Shown: piece after piece, positions 32,715-45,628 of the stretch | Numbering within the stretch: the stretch's first letter is position 1 | Layout of the letters: the number at the start of each line of letters is the position of its first letter | Assembly: GCA_965202585.1 (NCBI GenBank) | Contig: OZ241832.1 | Coordinates: 8,122,001-8,186,000, forward strand | Direction: 5' to 3' | Source of the DNA: Thalia democratica | Taxonomy: Eukaryota | Length of the DNA stretch: 64,000 nt | Notes under the pieces: generated by a model | Seen by the model: only the letters and a program-made list of their open reading frames with translations | Database searches by the model: none | Told to the model about the DNA's origin: nothing | Position numbers and translations under genes: made by a program

Positions 32715-33624
32715 AAGGGAACAGCGGAAGGTGAAAGCATGACGATACTCATCAAGGTAAACTTCCAGAAGTTCATATAAGCGTTAGGGGGCGTTCGAAC
32801 TCCGTAAACCTTTTTATAAATAAAATATTAGCTCTTTTAAATAAAACATTAATTGAACTGAGGAACAAAGTAACATGTGCATTGAGCTAAATTAGTCATT
32901 ACAAGTTTGACAACAAGTTCCATTTTATAATTTAAAACTTTACTTGCAATACAAATATTTTTAACACGTTTTAGCAAAAGAATGTTTTTTTTCTCTAATT
33001 TTGTTTGTAAAAGATAAAAAAAGAACGCTAAAGTTTTTTAAAATATTATTTTTAATCTGGTTTTGTTGAAATAGTTTAATGTTTGTATTTATGTCAAATT
33101 AAATTGGGATAATAAAGGTTTTTTTTTAATAAGCATGTGTCCTATTTTGCTCTAATATTATTACTTTGTGATTAATAAGCAGTTAATCAAAATATTAAAA
33201 GTAAAACTAAAAACAAGTTGTTATAAGACAAATACAAATTTTACCAGATTGTAAAATTACTTTCAGTGGTTTGGTTTTTGTGAAAAATGTAAAAGTTTGA
33301 AAATAAATTATTTTGATTAACATTGTTACTAACTGGTAAACTAAAAGTGAAAATAAAAGTATTAAACTTCAGAAAAGTTTTGAAGTTTTAGGATGTACTT
33401 TTTTAATTGTAAATATATATCTTGATGTGCAGTTACAGTACCCTATTTAAAGTAAATATATAAACTTATTTTGTTTTAGCTGTTTTTTAAAAATTATTTA
33501 TGTGTTGTGTGCTAAAAAATACAATGATAAAATAACATATTTTTTTCAATAAAAAACTTATTTACCTAATCTATTGTTCTTAAATTAGCAGATTTTAATG
33601 ATTAAAATGGCTATAAATTTTTGA

Positions 33625-36500
33625 TTTATTATTATTATTATTATTTTCGTAAGTTTATTGTCAATACGATGGACCTAGGCATCAAAACCTAGGCCACTTA
33701 AACAGAAATACATATAATGAAAAAATAGAAATAAATGAATAAGTATTATACCAAGTTTCATTTTGTTTAACACAAAGATAAAAACATATTTTAATGAAAT
33801 ATGTATAAAATTTGTAAATTAATATAAAAAACAAACTTTTAAACTACAAACTTATACTTTTTTTTTACTACTTATTGATGTAGAACGATCAAAATGAAAT
33901 GTTTAAATGCATTGACTAACAACGAAAATAAAAACCTAATGCTCAAAGGACATAAACAATAGGCTGGTCAGACAAATAGTCGTTAAAAATATTAAAAAAG
34001 GACTTACTATTAATAGAGGAAAGGCGCTGCTTTTAAAATTGAACTATGGACTAAGCTAAATGTTAAAATTAAATTAACGGTTGATGAAATTAATTAATAA
34101 TTCAACCAACAAACATTTATTTAAATCAAACATTTTTAACTTATATCGAATTTGTTCAACTTTTTTCAAGAAAAAAAACCTTTCGGAAGTTTTTTCCATA
34201 TTTCAACTAATCTAGAAAAAAAAAAAGAATTATGCCGAGCCTCATTATTGAAATGATGCTTGCATGTAAATTTTTTGCTGTTTCCTTTCAGTATGTAATT
34301 AGTTTTATAAGGTTCAAAAGTTTTTGTATATTGATTATATTTTCACCATTAACTAGTTTGAAAAAAAGTAATGAGGTCAAATTCAAGTCTCCTGTATTCT
34401 AAAGATTTTATATCAAGTTTTGTTAGTCTATCAAGGTAAAACGTATAAAAAGTATTGCAGCGGTTGAAGATTATTTTAGTTTATTTCTATTGAACAGATT
34501 CTATATCGTTAATATTTTTTTTTAAAAGTATGGAGATCAGACGGGTGTGTTGTATTCCAACATGGAACGAATGCACACGAGAAACAACTTTTTTAGGATG
34601 TCGACATCCGCAGGTTTAGAGCTCTTTAAAACTTCAAAAGATGTAGTTGATGCAATTTGGTAAAGGTAATTAATATGGTTGTTCCATTTTAAACTTTTAG
34701 CAATTCCAAGATCTCTTTAAGACTTTAGTTGAAGATAAGTTTGTATTGTTTTTTTTTTTAAGTCAAAAGTAGAGAAAGTAGTGAAATTTACTAGGGTTTA
34801 AGTTTGTTTTTCTTTTGTTTAGCCAAATGTAGGTTTATCTAATAAATTCTGTAAAGTTGTGCTTGATTGGCTAATTTTTTTTGTTTCATCTGCGAAGAGG
34901 TTAATGCTGCTGCTAACACTCTGAATCTATATCATTTATGTAAATAATAAATAATAATGGGCAAATAGCCCCTTTTTGAGGGACTCCACTAAAAGTAGGT
35001 GAAGATTCTGAAAATGTGTTATCAATTTATAAGTTTAATCGTTTAGAAACTCTTTGAACCACCTAACTAGACTGTTATTAGTTTTGTATTGCGATAATGT
35101 TTTAATTAGTTCAATGTGGGAGACAGAGTCAAAAGCTTTTTTTACATCTGTGTAGAATAATTTAGTAGACTTATTGCTTCAAAAAGACACCGTCAAAGAA
35201 GGTAAGCAATCTAACAATTGAAAACAGGATGTTCGGTTAGGGAGAAAACCAAATTGTTTAGGTGAAATAAGGTTATTTGAAAAAAGGTGATCAAGTATTT
35301 TTATAGAAATTATATGTTCAAAAATTCTGCACAAGCTACTTGTCAAAGAAATTGGTCTGTAATTAAAGGTTGTAATTGCTACCATTTTTGTGTAGTGGAA
35401 TCACGTATGAAATTTTCCATTGTTTGGGTACAGAAGATATAGCCAGAGAAAAATCAAATGATAGTGATATTGGAAAATTATAGAATAAGTAGTACGTTTA
35501 ATAAAAAAATGAATGAATTTTGTTCTTGTTATTTTATTTTTAAAACGATTTACAGATTTATTTACTTCATCATTGCTTAAAAAAAAAAAAAATTACTAAA
35601 TAGTCTTTATCATTAGTTCAAATTTTTGTTTTCATCGTCTTTAACAAATACTTTTAGAAAGGCCTTACTAAAAAAAAGAGGCTTTATCAAAATTAGATAC
35701 TATTAGTAAATTGTTTTTGTCATGCAAAACAGAAAAAGTAGGTGCTATCTTAAGCTTATACTTTACATAGCAGTTAAGATTTTCTTCATTTATGTTCTCG
35801 ATTTTTTTTTCATGTGTCATATTTTTTACTGCTTTTTGATATTCATTTAAAATTATTTTGTATTTCTGTATAATTTTCTTTATACATTTACATCGTTTAA
35901 TCTCAACAGTTTTCTTTATATTAAAAGGATATATTTTTGATATCCTGTGATGTTTAGATAAAGGCACAAATTGTTTGATTGAAAAGTTTATTAGGTTTGT
36001 AAATTCGTCATAAAATTCTTGTAAGTTATTTAAATTGTTATAATTACTTTCCTGTTGATTTCTTAAAAAAATTTAATAATGTTTACAAAATTTGATTTGT
36101 AAAGATTTGGGTAGAGCGACCAAGAAGTTGGCTTTGTATCTTATCAACACTAATGCCAAATAAAATAACGCTGTGTTCATTAGCATCGTGTAAAGGTGAG
36201 CACACCGAATAAAACTTAACTCTATCCAAACCCGTAAAATTACGAAGCAGTAATTCAAGAATGTCACCGTCTTTATGTGTAGGTGAATCAACAACTTGTG
36301 TGGAAGGATTATCTGAACAGAAATTATAAGGCTTATGTGAAATTTATACACAAAAAAGATATACTAAGTAGCTCGACTACAGAAATGTCTTTCTATACAC
36401 AAGGCACTTTGACCAAAGTTTTTGAGCGTTAATTTCTTATCATGTTTAATAAGCTGTAATTATACATACTTTGCAAAAAATTTTGATACCCAATAGTATC
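33625..36500 (-). mobile_element. Decayed CR1/Jockey-group LINE (APE and RT relics, 3' end with TAA tail); 5' boundary approximate
   Basis: Minus-strand QVVDSPTHKDGDILELLLRN (APE, about 36190-36300), NYRPISLTSSLCRIFEHII...KQFGF (35179-35385), 3' hairpin cctagg-ttttgatg-cctagg, AATAAA and (TAA)n tail. Confidence 0.8.
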
Positions 36501-37371
36501 AAGAATTGATTTATAAACTACTCTGAATAAAAAATTTATATGCTACTTCGATTTACTTTATTTTGTGCTGAAAAAAAACTATACAGATATATTACAGTAA
36601 TAACAATTTGATTGTATTCTAAAACTGTTGTTTTTAGGAAATTAATGTTGTTGTAGTTCAAAACATTAAATTTATACAAAATTTAGAGTTTATGATTAAT
36701 TTAACAATGTTAAAAACTTTTATTGGTGTTTATTCTTAAAAGGTCCTTGAGCTAAATTACGAATTTAATTTTAAGAAATTCAAGAATAAAAGCTAGTTTA
36801 TTTTAATTGCAATAAAAACTTTAAACTATAATTAAACAATCTAATAACTTCTACAAAAAATATGTATACAATTAAGAATTTTTATCTTGATTAAAAAACA
36901 AAAAAGAACAAAATGACAATAAAAGCTTCTTAAAACAAACATTTTCAGTTCATTTAAGAGAAAAACATTAAAAAATTGTTCAATAAATGACATAGTTGAA
37001 GACAATTAATAATGCATTTAAAAGAATGTATCATAACTCGATTGTTTTCTTTGAAATTTTGTTTCCTTTGGCTTTAAAAAAAATTAAAACAAATCTCAAT
37101 AAAAGTTACAGCGATAAAAACAAGGTACTAATATGTGTTACAGCGAAAAAAGAACTAATTGAAATGCATAATTGGTTGAAATGATTAAAAATACGTATAC
37201 AAAAGCACTTGACGGAATATTATAATTAACAAATGATTATTTTAATTCAAACGGAATTGATTCGTGGCGCAGTTTGAGGTTTGGACTGTTCCTGAAAATA
37301 TTTTGATCGATTAAAATGTTTTGAAAATTTAAAGTGTTATGATAAAAAAATCATTTGAAAATATTAAAGTA

Positions 37372-38034
37372 CAGTCACCTCTCGCGAACCCACGCGCACA
37401 GCAAAAGTGCGTGACTAAACAAGATAACGCAAATGTAAAATGGTTGCAAATACAAGACTTATCCTTTTTTATAATGCAGCTGACCAAATACAGTTTGGGG
37501 ACTTCCCACTTTTAATCGCTTGTTTACTCAACTAGTTTTTATTCAAGTTGTACACATATGTGTGTAGTTTACTGCTGTAATGGATTTTTGCTTTTGAAAT
37601 AAAAAACGAAGTTTAATTTTTTCTTATTTGTTCCTTGTCCACACAACAATTTTTTTATTAATTCAACTCCTCTTGTATAAAACTAGAAAAAGATTAAGGG
37701 AATAAAATGGAATAAATAATGGAATAAAATTTTACGCAACAATATTGTGCGGAATAGAACATTGTACCTTGGTTGAATTAAAGGTAATAAGGAGGATTAC
37801 GACACATAAGGTATAAGGCGATGTCATAGAGCTCAATAGGTTCCGTATGAAAGGCACAAAATAAAAATGAGAAAATCTCGATCTTACTAACAGCATCTAT
37901 TTTCTCTAACTATTCTATTTCACTACGTTTTTCACACTAATTACTTATTTTTTTTATTGTTTGAGAATTCTAAAATGCGTAAGTAAACGATAGCGCGTAA
38001 CCAAATGAGTGCGTAGATTCGCGAGAGGTTACTG
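37372..38034. mobile_element. Tc1/mariner(pogo)-type MITE
   Basis: TIRs CAGTCACCTCTCGCGAA / TTCGCGAGAGGTTACTG with TA on both sides. Confidence 0.85.
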
Positions 38035-38440
38035 TACTTTACTTAATAACTTTAAATTTCACAATAAATACTTCAAAAAATTTTTCATTTGTTACAAATA
38101 ATAAAAATTTTAAATCGATAAAATTATCTAGAAGCTAATATAAAAGTAAGAAATACTTTTAACTCTATTATAAAACAATGGAGATTTTACTAAAGATTAT
38201 AAAACATCAAGTACATAGCTTGTTCTAAAATAGACAACTACGAAAAATAAAATGTAAAAAAAAAACACTCATAATTAATGAATACTTTCAATTATATTTA
38301 AAACTATTAAACATATATACTACATAAGAAGAAGTTTAATACAAACTTGTAGTATTTTAAAAATTATAATTTGCAACTAACAAATACTAAACGTACAGCA
38401 AACTTTAGATTAAGAACTAAAAAACTTACTTTTAATCTTT

Positions 38441-38729
38441 TCAGTTACTACTTGTAACAAACGCATCTTCATCATCGTCAGAGCTACATTCTGGCTGGTA
38501 AGACGTATACTTTACTTCACCCACATTACTACCGCTTGAACTCACTATACCCTCATCACCTGACTCCACACTACTCAAATCACTCAACCCCACCCTACCC
38601 ACATCACTTGACTCCACTCCACCCATATTACTTGACTCCACCCTCCTCACATCACTTGACTCCGCCCTCCCACCTTTCACTTGACTCCGCCCTACTCACA
38701 TCACCTGACTCCGCCCTCCCACCTTTCAC
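38441..38729 (-). repeat. Degenerate ~24-bp repeat tail (GRAESSDV-like) with a 49-bp tandem duplication at the caspase 3' end
   Basis: ttgactcc(g/a)ccc units recur; 38681-38729 and 38632-38680 match 46 of 49. Confidence 0.85.
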
Positions 38730-38867
38730 CTTCCTCCTGAACACCAGCTGCTTGGTCAGCGAGTTCCTGAAGCACGCCATCTGCTTCAGTTCCCCCACCA
38801 CGATCCCCTGTGGCGTCCGCATCTTGAACTGCCTCGTTGCCAGCGTCGAAATTGTTTTCGTCAGCAG
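38652..38867 (-). CDS. Caspase, terminal exon
   Basis: ttttcag| LLTKTISTLATRQF...KQMACFRNSLTKQLVF matches the KQMP..S.LTK.L.F pattern; TGA at 38652-38654. Confidence 0.88.
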   Translation of the reverse strand: MLTKTISTLATRQFKMRTPQGIVVGELKQMACFRNSLTKQLVFRRKVKGGRAESGDVSRAESSERWEGGVK

Positions 38868-38919
38868 CTGAAAAAAAAAGTTCATAACCACCGTTTTTTG
38901 CTGAAGTTACGGTATACTA

Positions 38920-39105
38920 TCAAAATCCACCCGCGTTCGAAATCCACCCTTTTTTTTCTTTATTATATTATATTTTTTGCATTTTTTTATTTACTTTTAC
39001 TATCACTGTTACCCCTAACCCTTACCCTCGATCGGTAAGCGGTTCTCGAATTTGACTGGGTGGATTTTGGGTTTTGATTGCGGGTGGGTTTAAAACGTGT
39101 CCCGC
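38920..39105. mobile_element. Short MITE-like repeat sharing the ctatcactgttacccctaaccct core; boundaries approximate
   Basis: Core shared with about 8990-9020; aaatccacc / ggtggattt inverted subrepeats. Confidence 0.5.
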
Positions 39106-39739
39106 AGTTAAATATCGTTGGTTTTGTGTCTGTATTAGTGTCGAAGCAGACTGTTTAAGTAAATTTAAAATTGATTTACACGAACAGTTTTGGCAAGAAA
39201 GTTTACCTAAATTTAGTTAAGTTTAATAAGTCATGACTGGCGGTGCAGTTGTACTATTTTTAATATACTTCTGCTGAAAATTTTATGGTGATGAAAACTC
39301 AAAAATGCCACTTATGCTAATATATATATTGATGGTATTTCAGTGTATTTATGGTGGCTTTAAGATCTTAGCTGGGCATATTTTTACTACTTACTTGTAA
39401 AACGGTTTTGGATCAATTAAGGTAATATTTTGTTTCTAGTAGAACAATTATATATTCAAAAAAAAAGAAGCAAACATACTATATTTAAAAATTTAATTTA
39501 ATTATATACACAAATATGTACATACAAAACTGTTAAATACTTTTTTAAAATAAAGACTAATGTTTAATAACTATAAATTTGCCATTTAAAACTACTTAAA
39601 ACAATATTAAAACTATTTAGATCACTAAAACTGTTTCCTTTGTATATACAACTTATAACCAGGTTTTTGAACAAAAAAAATTGTACTTAACAAACATATG
39701 TAAAAAAAAATCATGTACATTAACTAAAGCACATCTTAC

Positions 39740-39840
39740 CTCAATGATGTCAACATTATCATGATCATGTTTTTCAAATTCTTCCTTGAGTATCCTGACG
39801 AAATAAGATCCTTCGTTAGGGTCTCTGAACGACACTTTGT
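39740..39840 (-). CDS. Caspase exon (small subunit start)
   Basis: ccacag|...|gtaaga, 101 nt, DKVSFRDPNEGSYFVRILKEEF matches S.R....GSWFI..L. Confidence 0.92.
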
Positions 39841-40963
39841 CTGTGGAAACATTTTAAATTAATTCAATACAGAAGCTTTAGTGTTGTGAGTGCTTCAAAA
39901 GTAGGCACAATTGCGACAAACTTTCAGTTATTTTGTTTTCAAACAGTTATTATGTTATTTTCAATGCGCAGCCATTTTAAAAGATGTTTCTTAAACTTGG
40001 TAGATCTAAAATTTATCTAATTTTTGCTCGAACTCAAGAGTGAACGCATGATTATAAAAAACTAAAAAAAAATAACAGCTAGAACTACGAAACTTTGTTA
40101 ATGGCAACCGCACTTTACAACATTAGTCTTCACGGAGTTTATTCTGAAACACACACCCCATATCCCGGAAATTGTGGTGGTAAAGAAAGAAAACGAAATT
40201 TCAGCTTGGGCAATGGATTTTATTTCCAACTTAATGTGCCTAGATTTCAAATACCATGAAGACCACTGCTTCACAAAACAACAAACCTTAATACTAATAA
40301 ATTTAAGCATTTGCATTCCTTACGAGAGAGCTGCAACTTAAATTTTGAAAACAGTTCACTTAAAGCTCCTTTAACGTTTAATTGCCATTTGTTTTTGACT
40401 AATCCAACAAATGTTCTAACTTTTAAACAAACTTTTAAACGATGTTCATAATACAGGGATGCTACTCTTTCAATATAAAACACAGATTCAGTCGGACTTT
40501 ATGAGAAAACTTAAAAAATACTTTAAACCAATTTTATACACTTGAAAAATATATAACAGAAAGTTCATACATTTTGATACAAAAAGTTTAATATTTAAGT
40601 CATAAAAATTAGCCGAAGATTTAGAAAAAAAAGTCTGAAATTAAAAAAAAAAAACCTTGATATTTACAAACGACCTGGAAAAAAATTAAGCCTACCTGAG
40701 TGCAAGGTAACATTTAATATTACTTCAAAAATTATTTGTAAAATATCTAACATTTTGTCAACAGTTTAATGAAAGTTGTACAACGTTTGTGTTTTTTAAG
40801 ATTTATTGATTGGTTTAAAACCAAAAAGTTTTTACTTAACTTAAACTTGCTTATTGCATTTTATAAGATTTGGATGTAGTAAAGAAAATAAAATGACTAA
40901 AAAACAACAAATTATTAAATGTTTTTAACAGTAATAAATTTACTTATATATGTATGTATATAC

Positions 40964-41496
40964 CAGTGGTCGGCACGGTGTACACTGGTGCACACTAGTG
41001 TACATGAAATTTCTTTTAGGGTGCACGAGACTTTTGGGGTGCATGAAACTTGTTTTGGGGTACAATTTTTTTTTTCGCGCAGAAATTAATTAAATTTTTA
41101 TTTTAATCTTTCTACATTTAAGACATTACCAACCTTGATATCTAGTTGACCATTTTGTTGTTAATAAAATGACCGTTTTTGTACTCTCCTAGTTATACTC
41201 TGTTACATTATGAAAAATCCTTCCATTATTAGCCACCAAAAAAAAAAAACCGAAGTGAGCAAATCTCATAGATTCTTAAAAACAAAATTAAACGGTTAGT
41301 ATTCTATTAATGTTTAATTTTATTAACTCTTATTGTTTAAAAGCGTTGGGTGTTACCGAATTAATAGTAAAAAAACGATTAAAAGTGTTTACATATTCTT
41401 TAACACTAGCGGCGCTAAAGAATGCAAATTGGGGTGCACAGAATTTTAATTTTGTGATTTAGGGTTCACGGATTCGAAGTAGCGTGCCGACCACTG
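40964..41496. mobile_element. hAT-type MITE
   Basis: Perfect 14-bp TIR CAGTGGTCGGCACG and perfect 8-bp TSD GTATATAC. Confidence 0.92.
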
Positions 41497-41504
41497 GTAT
41501 ATAC

Positions 41505-41809
41505 CATAGATGTTTTTGTGTCAAAACTTCATTCCGACTAACGGCGTTTCACTGCTCTCAAATAAATTTAAGAACAGATCTACGGAGTCTATAAAATATT
41601 AACACACTAATAAAAATAATACAATATATATTTTTTTGTTTCTACTTAACTATTAGTTTTGTTAATTTTGAGCTTAAAACATAATTATACATGCTTTTTT
41701 TCTAATGTGTGTTAATATTTTATAGACTCCGTGGGTCTGTTTTTGAATTTATTTGAGAGCAGTGAAACGCCGTTAGTAGGAATAAAGTTTTGACGCAAAA
41801 ACATCCATG
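41505..41809. mobile_element. Palindromic MITE with TIRs of about 110 bp
   Basis: catagatgtttttgtgtcaaaac...ttaacacac is mirrored by gtgtgttaa...gttttgacgcaaaaacatccatg; no clear TSD. Confidence 0.8.
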
Positions 41810-41876
41810 ATATTCCGATAAGCCTAGCTTATCAGTATCTCTAGGACTTAACGCCTTTTAACGATACATCTTATGT

Positions 41877-43918
41877 GGGAACGGGTCACTTTTGCACGAG
41901 CGTCACTTTTGCACGAAGACACTTTTGCACGAGGGGACACTTTTGCACGAGGGTCACTTTTGCACGAAGGGTCACTTTTGCACGAGTGGACACTTTTGCA
42001 CGGCGACTCTTTTGCACGAGCGTCACTTTAGCACGAGGGGACACTTTTGCACGGCGTCACTTTTGCACGCAGGGTCACTTTTGCACGAGGGGACACTTTT
42101 GCACGGCGACTCTTTTGCACGACTGTCACTTTTGCACGAGGGGACACTTTTGCACGGAGGGTCACTTTTGCACGAGGGGACACTTTTGCACGGAGGGTCA
42201 CTTTTGCACGAGGTGACACTTTTGCACGGCGACATTTTTTTTTTTTGAATATTTACGTAGAACAATGTAACAACGTACCACAATTCATTAATTTATATTT
42301 ATTAGCTTAATTTAAATAAAATAGTTGAATACATATTTTTAATTTTGAATAAAAACAACTTTGAATACATTAAATCAAAATAATCTGAATTTTGTTACTT
42401 TTTAAACAGAAAAATAAACTTAATTTAGTAATGCTTTAAAACACGAATTTTGAGTATTATTTTTACTAATTTCTCTTGATGTTGTAAATAGCATTATATA
42501 GCTGCTAAAAATATATTTTAAAATTATTTTTATTTTAAACAATTGTTAAATTAAAAAAAAAAAATTAGTTAGTTTATGAAGTGTAAAGTTATTTCAGATT
42601 TTACCTGATGTTTTTTTTTATTTTATAATTTAGTGTGAGAATAAAAAAAGCAATAAAATAGCGCATTTTCATGATTTAAACTTAGATTATTTCATTACAA
42701 TAATGTTGCATGATCATGATAAGTTAATGGGAGAGTAAAATTCGAAGATTGAACTTATGTTCATCACAAGCATCAAGAGATGCTTAAACCAGCATTCCAT
42801 GATCATGAAATAAGCCAATGAGAGCCTAACGTTAATGTCCTTGGAGCGTTAGGTTTTTATTTTTGTTGTTAGTCAATGCATTTAAATACTTGATGTTGAT
42901 CGTTCTACATCAAAGCGTAAATAAATATAAGTTAGTGGTTAAAATTTTGCTTTTTATGATAACCTATAAATTTTATATCAAATTATGTTTTTATTTTTGT
43001 TTTAATAAATAAACTATATGTGTTATTTTATTTTTTCTTTATGTGTCTTCCAGTTTAAGTGGTCTAGGTTTTGATGCCTAGGTTCATCATATGAACAATA
43101 AACTTGTAAAATATATAAAAAGGCCTCGTTGTTGATTAATATATTAAAACTCAAAATAAACTAGAACAACTTACTTATACTTAATATATCTTTTATCCTA
43201 GTTTCTAAATAAAATAATTTTGTTGTCCCTGGTATGAATCTTTTATAAATAATTTTATGTTATCTTTTCGTTAGTTTGTTTCTAACATTAACATTTAATG
43301 TTTAAGGTTTTAGATCTTTTATTCTTTGCCTTTAATATAGGTGTATTATAAAATTTTAGTTTTCAGTTTCTTTTTATGTTACAAACTTGGTAATAGCTAA
43401 ACAACTTTTAATCGGCCTGCATGCAAAATTGATTTTCCGTGCAAAAAATTCATTGTGCCAAAATGTCGCTGTGCAAAAATTTCATCGTAAAATTGTGACG
43501 TTGTGCAACAATGCTGCTGTAGAAAATTTTCATCGTAAAAAAAAATTTGCCGTGCAAAAGTGTCTCCTCGTGCAAAAGAGTCGCCGTGCAAAAGTGTCAC
43601 CTCGTGCAAAAGTGACCCTCCGTGCAAAAGAGTCGCCATGCAAAAGTGTCCCCTCGTGCAAAAGTGACCCTCCGTGCAAAAGTGTCGCCGTGCAAAAGTG
43701 TCCACTCGTGCAAAAGTGACCCTGCGTGCAAAAGTGACGCCGTGCAAAAGTGTCCCCTCGTGCTAAAGTGACGCTCGTGCAAAAGAGTCGCCGTGCAAAA
43801 GTGTCCACTCGTGCAAAAGTGACCCTTCGTGCAAAAGTGACCCTCGTGCAAAAGTTTCCCCTCGTGCAAAAGTGACGCTCGTGCAAAAGTGACGCTCGTG
43901 CAAAAGTGACACCCACCC
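41877..43918. mobile_element. Foldback/Mutator-type non-autonomous element with long TIRs built of ~14-bp subrepeats
   Basis: cacttttgcacga arrays at about 41885-42235 and inverted at about 43430-43910; G-rich termini; perfect 9-bp TSD ATCTTATGT (41868-41876, 43919-43927). Confidence 0.9.
42700..43115 (+). mobile_element. 3'-end fragment of the same LINE family as 33625-36500, inside the Foldback element; 5' boundary approximate
   Basis: gtttaagtggtctaggttttgatgcctaggttc...aataaactt and gttagtcaatgcatttaaa are reverse complements of sequence at about 33650-33950. Confidence 0.75.
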
Positions 43919-45273
43919 ATCTTATGTATGTATATATATATTTATTTATTGTATTGTTAACTTATTTTTTAACATTTTAATGTTGGCTTACCAAACATTT
44001 AAGATATGTTTTCTAATTTTTAGTTTTTTAGTCTAGTAAGTTGCAAACTTTGTAATATTTTAAAATATATCACCATAAAACATATATATAAAAATAGTAA
44101 TAAATTTAATTTATTTTTTAAAATATTTAAACAACTGCCTTACTTATAATATGCTGTTTTAAAAAGTTGTTTATAAATTTATAAGTTAATTTGTTTTTAA
44201 ATTTTCTAACCCCAAAAACATACACTATATATCAATAAATTTGTCTACATATCATTTTTCGGCCTGTTCATATATTTTTATACAGACCAAAAGAACAGAG
44301 ATTTTAAAAAGATTATTAATTATTTTCAAAAACTCCAAACTTTATTTTTCTAAAGTTAACCCATTTGTTTTTTCAAGTAGATTTAAACTTTATTTTCTTA
44401 TAAATTGAATATAAATATCAATATTTATTAACAAAATTATTTTTTTTTTCGAAACTATACTTATGACCAATTATTTACTTTAAGAATTTTAACTTTTCAA
44501 GCAAAACAGATATACGGTTTATATTCTTTTGTTAGCTAAGATCCAACAGAATTAACAAGCATTAGTTTTGGTTGACTTAATGCATAGAAGTAATACAACT
44601 GCTAATGTCAATTTACGCTCAATGTCTTTTTTTTTATTTGAAATTCATTAGAATTATTCACTTCGCATGTTTGAAAGAGTTTGCAAAAAATAAGTATAAC
44701 AAACTTCAAGGAAAAACATTCTAAATATTCGACTATTGTTGTTAATTAATACTTATTACCCATGTAATACATCTATCATAAAAAACTAATTACTCTAGTT
44801 TTTCAAAAAGCCCACTAGACAGAATATTTTGCAAGTGGCAAGCTTAATTGTTGTCGTTTATGTAAACAGAAGCATGTATGGTTTCAAAAGCAAATAATAG
44901 AAAGCGCGTTTGTTAAAAACAAACTATACTCATTTAATATAAACTTTTTTAAAGCTTATTTTCGAAAAAATACTTTAACTTATGAGTTAGTGCAAAATCT
45001 TCCTAGCATATATTTTTCAAATCACTAAAAAGAACTATTATAATCCGTTTAAAAACTTAAAATACTAATTTGAACATGCTGCATAGATTTTTATATATAA
45101 TTAAGTATATAAATTTTTTTAGTTAATTATTAATTTTGTTAATCTTGAGTTTAAAATAAAATTATGTTATTGAAATATAAAAAAAGTTTTCTATTATGTA
45201 ATTAGTAGCATCAATTTGTATAAAAAATACAATTAGACTTTTTATTAAAATTAAATTTACAGTTTGTATTATA

Positions 45274-45628
45274 CATGGTTGCCACTAGTTTTTTCCAAAT
45301 TTCTTCCAGGTTTTTAAAAGTAATATTTTTGGGTCTATTTTTAATTTAAAGTTAAGTTTAGAGTAAGAAACTTTGTTAAATAGCATAACAACTTTGAAAA
45401 GATACTGTAAAGCTATTTTAAATATGTTTTTAAATAAAAAAAAATTTTGATGATGAGAAAATTTTTTTATTTTTAAGATAGATTTTTGAGTCAAATCGAA
45501 AATTTACTACTGAAAATGTGAAAATTGTTGAAATTCCAGGTTTTTTTAAACGTTTTTCCAGGTTTTTTTTTTACCTAAATTGACGAATTCCAGGTTTTTC
45601 CAGGATTCCAGGTAAAGTGGCAACCCTG
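45274..45628. mobile_element. MITE with CA(T/G)GGTTGCCAC TIRs and internal ttccagg subrepeats
   Basis: catggttgccac at 45274 and gtggcaaccctg ending at 45628; no TSD seen. Confidence 0.6.

Noticed and set aside
41875-43920. ORFs with FARR/LLHE/FCT/CKS repeats, including apparent His/Cys metal-binding patterns
   Set aside because: Translations of the stop-free ~14-bp TIR subrepeats of the Foldback element
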